From assembly GCA_963920595.1 (NCBI GenBank), contig OY986946.1, forward strand, positions 4,836,001-4,900,000: a DNA stretch of 64,000 nucleotides. The letters run 5' to 3'. Under the pieces are notes generated by a model, which saw only the letters and a list, made by a program, of their open reading frames with translations, was not told the DNA's origin and did no database searches. Position 1 is the first letter of the stretch. Every line of letters begins with the position of its first letter. Below are positions 52,879-64,000 of this stretch, in pieces. This stretch comes from Eimeria praecox. Taxonomy: Eukaryota. A program made the translations under genes and the position numbers.

Positions 52879-55800
52879 GCTGACTGATACGCATGGAGGC
52901 ACGTTAACAAGCATACAATTCAAGCTCTCCCGCTTGAAAAATATCTGGCTGGAAGATACCTCAAGAATCTGTGCCACATACGATCCTAGATAAAACTCGG
53001 TGCCTACACCAAAGGCTCAAATGCATCTGTCTACTACGTCCGTCTTGCACACTCCCTCACTACACCAGACGAATCAGAAACTGTACGCGAACCATTTAAA
53101 CCGTGCTGCCTCGTCTAGTTCTAGCAGGCGTGACTCGTGAGACTTGGCGCATGTGGCTTGCGCTGCAAGGCCAATGAGCATTACATTTTCAGCGCTGCGG
53201 AGCAGCTCGGTTTACGGCGCTACACAAACAACTAAAAAGGTCAAACTCCTACGCGAACACCTAGCTGCCCTCCATCCTAAACCTACGTCAGCAATGTGGC
53301 CCATTGAGCAAATCGTGGCACCGCGGCATCACAAAGTATAGGCAAGCGTCTCACTAAGAAGTGACGTACGTCCTACAGCACCACCAGGAGCGTCATAAGC
53401 TACACCAGATGTCCCATTCCAATTACATCCAACAGACCAACTGCTAGTACCCTGGAGCACAGAAAGCGCTGCTGCTCCAGCTTGGGTCTGCTGAAGACAG
53501 CGGTTCCTTTTGCATGTCAGGTGCGGCGAAAAAACGATATGCTTAATCGTACAAGGTGCTTCTTTACGCTCCAGGCCCCGCCATGCGAACAGATGCATCT
53601 CCCACTCCCAGGTGAGTACAAGCAAATCCATATCAAGGCGTTTCACACATAGCTTGCACCGCGGCAATTGCAGAGCATTCTAATTCATTTTGCACAGCTT
53701 GGCTGGTTTTGTAGAGTGACCCTGTTGGCAATTTCTCCTTGTTGGTGTATACACACTAATAGTTATGTACAAAATCGACGCAGCGCACCAACTGGAAGGA
53801 GCCGCAAACCGTCTACATCTGGGCAAATAAGACACTAGCAGGGTGCAGACGATGTATTTTTCCAAGCAGGCTAACCATCCGTAAGGGCCCTCCTCAATCA
53901 CAAACGCCCCACCTAGCAGCGTAGGGCATTCGCGGACAACGTTGTCCAGCGGTAAGTCACAGACAGCCCTGATGTTGTTGGCCGCAGCTATGCCAAGCTT
54001 TCGTAGCAAGCCTTCACGCTGTGAGGCCTGTCAATATCTTGCTCCTTTGCAATAAGCAAAAGCTACCACAAACGCCGTCCCAAAGCAACAGTTCTGCAGT
54101 TGACTGGCTGTTCCAGCCTCTGCTGTTACAGCAGAGACTCAGAGTGCCAACGCCGTCTCTCATGGGGCAATTCTCAGTTACGCTCACAAGAGCCGTGCTG
54201 CTTCTCAAAGAAGGATTGTTTTGCGTGCAAGGAAAGCGCAGCTAATGAAGCGGCAATTTCTGTTAAACTGCTGAGTGCCAGAAAGGGCCAAATTGTCCCA
54301 ACAAGCAACGCGGAGTTCGACCTGCATCAGTATCACACCCACCAGCCCCTTCCATTTCAACATGTGCCTGATGCGCCTCTATTTGCGCCAGTCCAAATGC
54401 ACACCCCTTGATAATCTTCCATCACAGGCATTCACCGAAGCCCTGGATGTGAGGCACGCACTTCCTGAAAAAATGTGCAACCGCGCGAATGTTCCAGTTG
54501 CAGGTGTTCGTTATCTTTGCAGTTCACGATCAACTCCATCCAAGCACACGCTCCTTTTACCTTAGTACGTGGTTCTCACGGATGTTCAAGTAAAACATCT
54601 TGCAAGCTCACCACCTTTAGCAGACTGCTTCTGCTGCTATGCCCAATGCATTTTGCATACACATCCACCTACATCATCGCCTAGCCAGACGTCCACAAGT
54701 GATGATGAAGCAGCAGATATGCACGTGCTCGTGCTCGAGTAGTTCAACCGCTGCGCGCCGGCCCCGCGATCTTCTTCAAATCTGCAAACGAACATCTGCG
54801 ACATACAGCTGGCATCCAGCCAGTTCAAACGAAGCTCTGCGCCCCTTCACTTCGTCTGGCCGAAGAGATACGGCACAACAGCACCTAAGCGCTGAGCTCC
54901 TCCACTATCTATCGTCGTTTCCAATCTGATGACCAAGGACCTTAAGCTTCATAAGAAAAAAGGCTGGAAAAGGATGCCGCAGCCGACAGCCCAAACGACA
55001 TGGTGCACCTAGCCTTTGGCGTCTTACTGTACACACGACAAGCTACCGGCGGAGTTCATGCGGGCCAGCCTCCACCCGCGTGCAGTCACGCTGCTACACA
55101 CCCCCACTTCCAAAAACCCTACAATCCTGTGAGCTCAGTAAAATGCCTGCGATCCTAGTTGAAAATACTGCGACGCTACTTTCGCATGTGCAGCGTTCTG
55201 ATTTGAGCAGTGGTGTTTTACAGAGACACGCGCTTCCACTGCTCTCCCAGGAGCTATCAGTGCACCAGACAATCTTCGCACTCTCTGCGCAATATGAATG
55301 CGGGTTGCGCAACTGCCACAATCATGCAAACTGGAACAATTCTATCTACGTTCTACTCATGCGCTCGTCGGCAGCTCACAGTCACCCCAACCCCCCTGTC
55401 GACAAAACGACAATCCTCATGCACTGATGAACGCTGACAGAGTATCCTTGACCCCTCCACAATACCCTTTATAAATAGTTTCGCTCAAAACGACTCTGAA
55501 TGAGCACACGGGCAAGTTTCGCGGCAGATGAAATGGTTTGCCGTGGCACGGCCTAAGTGTTGTAGCACCGCGAAATGATGACGGAAGGCTTCCACCAGCC
55601 GAGACAATTCCGACGCTCCTCATGCAGGCGACTCTATGCAAATCGGGAATGCTCACCTAAAGCGAAGCAGCAGACACTGGCTCAATGCCAGTGCACCAGC
55701 TTGCCAACGAACCCCACTTCCCACCTGCTACACAGAGCCAGCAAACACGCGAAAAACGCAGCCCTGCGCGTGTTCAACGGCAGACCAAAGCGTTACATAA

Positions 55801-57953
55801 TTATGATTTCTGGTGCCACACAGGTGAATGCACCATTTCAAAATGGCTATGTGGGAAGCCGATGCTATCCTCGAGCGACGGCATGCAGCATGCGCAAATG
55901 CCCCAGTGACAGCTTGGTGGCTTGCATGCGCACCGAATGCCCTATTTCCACCAGTGCAACAAGCGACTTGGAGAAACAAGCGATACATCAGGACGTGCGT
56001 TCCGTGCATGAAAATACGCTTTGTTCGATCTCTCGATCGAGAATGGAGAGGTCCCACATACCATCTGCGCACCACAACACTTACACGAATTGTGAAGAAA
56101 AGGGTACCAAATGCCACACGATAAAACGCCATATACAGCTTCACTATGCATCTGTTCAAGCAGAAAGCTGGGCTAATTTGAAAATTTGAACAACCCCAAC
56201 CTCCAGACAAATCTAAGCCCACATATGTAGATTGGATCTGAAACTATATGTTCTGCTATTCAAACGGATACACATTTGGCCACTCCCAGGTCCATTGTGT
56301 ACAGAACCACAAACGTAAACACTGGCAAGCGCCACAAATAAAGATCAGCGCGAAGCCGCCGAGGGCGCAGATGCACATGCGAGCGACAAAGCACCACACC
56401 ACGAGCAATCACATCCACTGACAAGAGCGACCAAAGATCACGCCCCACGTTAGATCCACATTGTCAGTATTGTTGGGATAGCACCAGCAGCAGCACACCT
56501 GGAGCTGCTGCGGCGGGCGACTGCTGCAAAAGGCAAGTAATTACGACAGCTGCGGCGTGTTAATACACCTGAAAAGCGCCTCTTGCGCAAAGGCAGAATA
56601 CCAATCTGCACAGCAAGAGAAGCCAGTCCGCCTACGATGCCTTCACTGCCCCAGTTGCCACCTGCTAGGTCTACTGAAGGAAGAATACACTTCATCGGGA
56701 TACAGAAGCAATCATAAAGTTCTATACACAGTGGGACATGTTTTACACGCCATCGTAGGAGAGCTGAAGGATGCGTGTCAGGCAGAAAGCACCAAACCGA
56801 GCTGAGCACACCGCTGCCTACCCGCTGTGGCCGCGCCAGTCCAACAGCTTTCGGGTAGCACACACCAAAACGCATAGTCGAGGACCACGACAAATATGCA
56901 GAACTGTTGAAAAAGCGTTGTGGCCATTAACTGCCAGAGCAGGGCAACGTACTGCCGCATCCGCAATTCATTAAACTTCTGACGCTTAACCAAGTGCCAC
57001 ATTGACTTGATACTACTAGCGATGCCCATGGCCTGCCGCAAATCAGTTTCTACTGGAAGCGTATTGGGACCTAATCCAAAGAACAACATACCCTCTGACA
57101 GGACAAAGGCGACGCTCCATGAGAACCGAGAGAGATGTGTGCTGCTGCACGTTATGCAGCAAAGGACAAGCACGCATAAAGTGAAAAGTATTGCTCAGAG
57201 AATGCAGCCGTGAACTTCGCTTGCTTGACAGCCTGCAAGCAATTCGCCTACACTCACCCCCGCATATTTGGTGCCCCCGCAAGAAACTCTTTGCAGTGCT
57301 GGCTCTATCAGGTTGAAACGTCAAGGCACAAACAATGGGTAGTTGTGCAAAATTCAGTTGTTCTATCCGTCGTCTTAAAACCGACAAGCCTTTCCGCAGC
57401 TCTAGAGGCGAACGCTGGCACATCCGCCTGTCTTGATTTAGCATAGCAAGCCCAAACCGCATCCAATACGCACTAGTCGCGTTCCAAACAATCTCCGCCC
57501 CTGTGCAGATTACTTATTTGCAATGCGCCAGAATTCCGGCTGTGCTATTAGCTCTACAGTTTTGTCTACCGATAGGTACCAGGCGCGTAGCTGGAGCACC
57601 GGGCAAGGCAGTCTGCAAACGCCGATTTGCCCTTTGTTCAAACTCACTGCCTGAATGCAAGGTTACCACCCAGCAGACACAGCCTACGGCGGTCATTTTA
57701 AAATCATAGTCAACAAAATGCAAAACCAGCCCTGCTAAAGCGGCTGCTTACACGCACCAGCCGACGCTCGCCCAACATGCCATACGCGCATACTTCAAAT
57801 CGATGCCTGATACTGCCACAGCAAGGCGCGAACTATGCTACCTTCTGCCGGTGCGCAAGCAGCCAAAATGATTTCCCTATAGAGCCTGGATATTTGTTAG
57901 AGGCTTTAGGATCCTCGAATGCTCCACAACACCCCCTGCAGTCCGGCGTCAAC
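52879..57953. repeat. Unit B1 (5075 bp)
   Basis: Homologous to A units, with an extra 86 bp at 56267-56352. Confidence 0.94.
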
Positions 57954-60900
57954 GCGGATTGATACGCATGGAGACAGGTAAACAAGCATGCAATTCAAGC
58001 TCTCCCGCTTGCAAAATACCTGGCTGGAACATAGCCCAAGTATCTGTGTCACATACGATCCTAGATAAAACTCGGTGAAGACTGAAAACGATTAAATGCG
58101 TCTGTCTATTACGTCCGTCTTGCACACTCCCTCACTACACCAGACGAATCAGAAACTGTACGCGAACCCATTAAAACGTGCTACCTCGTCTAGTTCTAGT
58201 AGGCGTGACTCGTGAGACTTGGCGCATGTGGCTTGCGTTGCGAGGCTAATGAGCATTACACTTTCATCACTGCAGAGCAACTCGGTCTACGTCGCTACAC
58301 AAACAAATAAAAAGGTCAAACTCCTACGCGAACACCTAGCTACCCTCCATCCTAAACCTACGTCAGCAATGTGGCCCATTAAGCAAATCGTGGCACCGCG
58401 GCATCACAAAGTATAGGCAAGCGTCTCGCTAAGAAGTGACGTACGTCCTACAGCACCACCAGGAGCGTCATAAGCTACACCAGATGTCCCATTCCAATTA
58501 CATCCAACAGACCAACTGCTAGTACCCTGGAGCACAGAAAACGCTGCTTCTCCAGCTTGGGTCTGCTAAAGACAGCGGTTCCTTTTGCATGTCAGGTGCG
58601 GCGAAAAAACGATATGCTTAATCGTACAAGGTGCTTCTTTACGATGCAAGCCCCGCCATGCGAACAGATGCATCTCTCACTCCCAGGTGACTGCAAGCAA
58701 ATCCATATCAAGGCGTTTCACACATAGCTTGCCCCGCGGCAATTGCAGAGCATTCTAATTCATTCTGCACAGCTTGGCCGGTTTTATAGAGTGACCCTGT
58801 TGGCAATTTGTCCTTGTTGGTGTATACACACTAATAGTTATGTACAAAATCGACGCAGCGCACCAACTGGAAGGAGCCGCAAACCGTCTACATCTGGGCA
58901 AATAAGACACTAGCAGGGTGCAGACGATGTATTTTTCCAAGCAGGCTAACCATCCGTAAGGGCCCTCCTCAATCACAAACGCCCCACCTAGCAGCGTAGG
59001 GCATTCGCGGACAACGTTGTCCAGCGGTAAGTCACAGACAGCCCTGATGTTGTTGGCCGCAGCTATGCCAAGCTTTCGTAGCAAGCCTTCACGCTGTGAG
59101 GCCTGTCAATATCTTGCTCCTTTGCAATAAGCAAAAGCTACCACAAACGCCGTCCCAAAGCAACAGTTCTGCAGTTGACTGGCTGTTCCAGCCTCTGCTG
59201 TTACAGCAGAGACTCAGAGTGCCAACGCCGTCTCTCATGGGGCAATTCTCAGTTACGCTCACAAGAGCCGTGCTGCTTCTCAAAGAAGGATTGTTTTGCG
59301 TGCAAGGAAAGCGCAGCTAATGAAGCGGCAATTTCTGTTAAACTGCTGAGTGCCAGAAAGGGCCAAATTGTCCCAACAAGCAACGCGGAGTTCGACCTGC
59401 ATCAGTATCACACCCACCAGCCCCTTCCATTTCAACATGTGCCTGATGCGCCTCTATTTGCGCCAGTCCAAATGCACACCCCTTGATAATCTTCCATCAC
59501 AGGCATTCACCGAAGCCCAGGATGTGAGGCACGCACTTCCTGAAAAAATGTGCAACCGCGCGAATGTTCCAGTTGCAGGTGTTCGTTATCTTTGCAGTTC
59601 ACGATCAACTCCATTCAAGCACACGCTCCTTTTACCTTAGTACGTGGTTCTCACGGATGTTCAAGTAAAACATCTTGCAAGCTCACCACCTTTAGCAGAC
59701 TGCTTCTGCTGCTATGCCCAATGCATTTTGCATACACATCCACCTACATCATCGCCTAGCCAGACGTCCACAAGTGATGATGAGGCGGTAGAAATGCACG
59801 TGCTCGTGCTCGAGTAGTTCAACCGCTGCGCGCCGGCCCCGCGATCTTCTTCAAATGTGCAAACGAACATCTGCGACATACAGCTGGCATCCAGCCAGTT
59901 CAAACGAAGCTCTGCGCCCCTTCACTTCGTCTGGCCGAAGAGATACGGCACAACAGCACCTAAGCGCTGAGCTCCTCCACTATCTATCGTCGTTTCCAAT
60001 CTGATGACCAAGGACCTTAAGCTTCATAAGAAAAAAGGCTGGAAAAGGATGCCGCAGCCGACAGCCCAAACGACATGGTGCACCTAGCCTTTGGCGTCTT
60101 ACTGTACACACGACAAGCTACCGGCGGAGTTCATGCGGGCCAGCCTCCACCCGCGTGCAGTCACGCTGCTACACACCCCCACTTCCAAAAACCCTACAAT
60201 CCTGTGAGCTCAGTAAAATGCCTGCGATCCTAGTTGAAAATACTGCGACGCTACTTTCGCATGTGCAGCGTTCTGATTTGAGCAGTGGTGTTTTACAGAG
60301 ACACGCGCTTCCACTGCTCTCCCAGGAGCTATCAGTGCACCAGACAATCTTCGCACTCTCTGCGCAATATGAATGCGGGTTGCGCAACTGCCACAATCAT
60401 GCAAACTGGAACAATTCTATCTACGTTCTACTCATGCGCTCGTCGGCAGCTCACAGTCACCCCAACCCCCCTGTCGACAAAACGACAATCCTCATGCACT
60501 GATGAACGCTGACAGAGTATCCTTGACCCCTCCACAATACCCTTTATAAATAGTTTCGCTCAAAACGACTCTGAATGAGCACACGGGCAAGTTTCGCGGC
60601 AGATGAAATGGTTTGCCGTGGCACGGCCTAAGTGTTGTAGCACCGCGAAATGATGACGGAAGGCTTCCACCAGCCGAGACAATTCCGACGCTCCTCATGC
60701 AGGCGACTCTATGCAAATCGGGAATGCTCACCTAAAGCGAAGCAGCAGACACTGGCTCAATGCCAGTGCGCCAGCTTGCCAACGAACCCCACTTCCCACC
60801 TGCTACACAGAGCCAGCAAACACACGAAAAACGCAGCCCTGCGCGTGTTCAACGGCAGACCAAAGCGTTACATAATTACGATTTCTGGTGCCACACAGGT

Positions 60901-63024
60901 GAATGCACCATTTCAAAATGGCTATTTGGGAAGCCGATGCTATCCTCGAGCGACGGCATGCAGCATGCGCAAATGCCCCAGTGACAGCTTGGTGGCTTGC
61001 ATGCGCACCGAATGCCCTATTTCCACCAGTGCAACAAGCGACTTGGAGAAACAAGCGATACATCAGGACGTGCGTTCCGTGCATGAAAATACGCTTTGTT
61101 CGGTTTCTCGGTCGAGAATGGAGAGGTCCCACTCACAATCTGCGCACAATTCTTAAACCAATTGTGAAGAAAAGGGTACCAAATGCCACACGATAAAACG
61201 CCATATACAGCTTCACTATGCATCTGTTCAAGCAGAAAGCTGGGCTAATTTGAAAATTTGAACAACCCCAACCTCCAGACAAATCTAAGCCCACATATGT
61301 AGATTGGATCTGAAACTATATGCTCTGCTATTTAACGCACACACATTCGACAACTCCCAGGTCCATTGTGTACAGAACCACAAACGTAAACACTGGCAAG
61401 CGCCACAAATAAAGATCAGCGCGAAGCCGCCGAGGGCGCAGATGCACATGCGAGCGACAAAGCACCACACCACGAGCAATCACATCCACTGACAAGAGCG
61501 GCCAAAGATCACGCCCCACGTTAGATCCACATTGTCAGTATTGTTGGGATAGCACCAGCAGCAGCACACCTGGAGCTGCTGCGGCGGGCGACTGCTGCAA
61601 AAGGCAAGTAATTACGACAGCTGCGGCGTGTTAATACACCTGAAAAGCGCCTCTTGCGCAAAGGCAGAATACCAATCTGCACAGCAAGAGAAGCCAGTTC
61701 GCCTACGATGCCTTCACTGCCCCAGTTGCCACCTGCTAGGTCTACTGAAGGAAGAATACACTTCATCGGGATACAGAAGCAATCATAAAGTTCTATACAC
61801 AGTGGGACATGTTTTACACGCCATCGTAGGAGAGCTGAAGGATGCGTGTCAGGCAGAAAGCACCAAACCGAGCTGAGCACACCGCTGCCTACCCGCTGTG
61901 GCCGCGCCAGTCCAACAGCTTTCGGGTAGCACACACCAAAACGCATAGTCGAGGACCACGACAAATATGCAGAACTGTTGATAAAGCGCTGTGGCCATTA
62001 ACTGCCAGAGCAGGGCAACTTACTCCCGCATCCGCAATTCATTAAACTTCTGACCCCTAACCAAATGAAGCATTGGCTTGATACTACTAGCGATGCCCAT
62101 GGCCTGCCGCAAATCAGTTTCTACTGAAAGCACGTTGGGACCGAATCCAAAGAACAACATACCTTCTGGCAGCACAATTGCGACGCTCCATGAGAGCCGA
62201 GAGAGATGTGTGCTACTGCACGTTATGCAGCAAAGGACAAGCACGCATAAAGTGAAAAGTATTGCTCAGAGAATGCAGCCGTGAACATCGCTTGCTTGAC
62301 AGCCTGCAAGCAATTCGCCTACACTCACCCCCACATATTTGGTGCCCCCGCAAGAAACTCTTTGCAGTGCTGGCTCTATCAGGTTGAAACGTCAAGGCAC
62401 AAACAATGGGTAGTTGTGCAAAATTCAGTTGTTCTATCCGTCGTCTTAAAACCGACAAGCCTTTCCGCAGCTCTAGAGGCGAACGCTGGCACATCCGCCT
62501 GTCTTGATTTAGCATAGCAAGCCCAAACCGCATCCAATACGAATTAGTCGCGTTCCAAACAATCTCCGCCCCTGCGCATATTACTTATTTGCAATGCGCC
62601 AGAATTCCGGCTGTGCTATTAGCTCTACAGTTTTGTCTACCGATAGGTACCAGGCGCGTAGCTGGAGCACCGGGCAAGGCAGTCTGCAAACGCCGATTTG
62701 CCCTTTGTTCAAACTCACTGCCTGAATGCAAGGTTACCACCCAGCAGACACAGCCTACGGCGGTCATTTTAAAATCATAGTCAACAAAATGCAAAACCAG
62801 CCCTGCTAAAGCGGCTGCTTACACGCACCAGCCGACGCTCGCCCAACATGCCATACGCGCATACTTCAAATCGATGCCTGATACTGCCACAGCAAGGCGC
62901 GAACTATGCTACCTTCTGCCGGTGCGCAAGCAGCCAAAATGATTTCCCTATAGAGCCTGGATATTTGTTAGAGGCTTTAGGATCCTCGAATGCTCCACAA
63001 CACCCCCTGCAGTCCGGCGTCAAC
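57954..63024. repeat. Unit B2 (5071 bp)
   Basis: Homologous to B1, with the extra 86 bp at 61338-61423. Confidence 0.94.
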
Positions 63025-64000
63025 GCGGATTGATACGCATGGAGACAGGTAAACAAGAATGCAGTTCAAGCTCTCCCGCTTGCAAAATACCTGGCTGGAA
63101 CATAGCCCAAGTATCTGTGTCACATACGATCCTAGATAAAACTCGGTGAAGACTGAAAGCGATTAAATGCGTCTGTCTACTACGTCCGTCTTGCACACTC
63201 CCTCACTACACCAGACGAATCAGAAACTGTACGCGAACCCATTAAAACGTGCTACCTCGTCTAGTTCTAGTAGGCGTGACTCGTGAGACCTGGCGCATGT
63301 GGCTTGCGTTGCGAGGCTAATGAGCATTTCACTTTCAGCACTGCGGAGCAACTCGGTCTACGTCGCTACACAAACAAATAAAAAGGTCAAACTCCTACGC
63401 GAACACCTAGCTGCCCTCCATCCTAAACCTACGTCAGCAATGTGGCCCATTGAGCAAATCGTGGCACCGCGGCATCACAAAGTATAGGCAAGCGTCTCGC
63501 TAAGAAGTGACGTACTACCTACAGCACCACCAGGAGCGTCATAAGCTACACCAGATGTCCCATTCCAATTACATCCAACAGACCAACTGCTAGTACCCTG
63601 GAGCACAGAAAGCGCTGCTGCTCCAGCTTGGGTCTGCTAAAGACAGCGGTTCCTTTTGCATGTCAGGTGCGGCGAAGAAACGATCTGCTTAATCGTACAA
63701 GGTGCTTCTTTACGATGCAAGCCCCGCCATGCGAACAGATGCATCTCTCACTCCCAGGTGAGTGCAAGCAAATCCATATCAAGGCGTTTCACACATAGCT
63801 TGCCCCGCGGCAATTGCAGAGCATTCTAATTCATTCTGCACAGCTTGGCCGGTTTTATAGAGTGACCCTGTTGGCAATTTGTCCTTGTTGGTGTATACAC
63901 ACTAATAGTTATGTACAAAATCGACGCAGCGCACCAACTGGAAGGAGCCGCAAACCGTCTACATCTGGGCAAATAAGACACTAGCAGGGTGCAGACGATG
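63025..64000. repeat. Unit B3, partial (cut by the window end)
   Basis: Junction gcggattgatacgcatggag at 63025; marker ORF at 63299. Confidence 0.93.

Larger units (their letters stand above)
52879..64000. repeat. Tandem array B of a ~5.07 kb variant unit (more than 2.1 copies, runs off the window end)
   Basis: Unit starts at 52879, 57954 and 63025 (periods 5075 and 5071). ORF pairs 53144/58219, 55080/60155 and 56557/61628. Confidence 0.97.

Noticed and set aside
55575..56189. Longest ORF in the window (204 aa)
   Set aside because: It arises from indels fusing two A-type frames. It is 168 aa in B2 and split in the A units, so it is not conserved.

Overview
This window is eukaryotic, repeat-dominated DNA with no convincing protein-coding or RNA gene. 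All ORFs are 204 aa or shorter, overlap on both strands and match no family I recognise. AAACCCT telomere-type heptamers, scattered TGCATGCA and CAG-rich sequence would fit a coccidian apicomplexan such as Eimeria, but that is inference only. Layout: (1) 1-284, a flank repeated exactly at 52595-52878. (2) 285-29414, array A: about 5.85 head-to-tail copies of a ~4.98 kb unit; in copies 2 and 3 a ~25 bp stretch is replaced by (AAACCCT)4. (3) 29415-30867, a heavily diverged copy of the same unit continuing in register. (4) 30868-32718, about 2.3 copies of an 815 bp C/A-rich repeat that appears to derive from the same family. (5) A 2.1 kb direct repeat (33067-35202 and 40672-42806) around a 5.5 kb spacer. 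(6) About 10 kb of locally unique sequence with a (CA)n microsatellite. (7) 52879-64000, array B: a ~5.07 kb variant of the unit with an extra 86 bp. Overall it is a nested tandem/segmental repeat locus with mosaic units. All alignments were done by eye.
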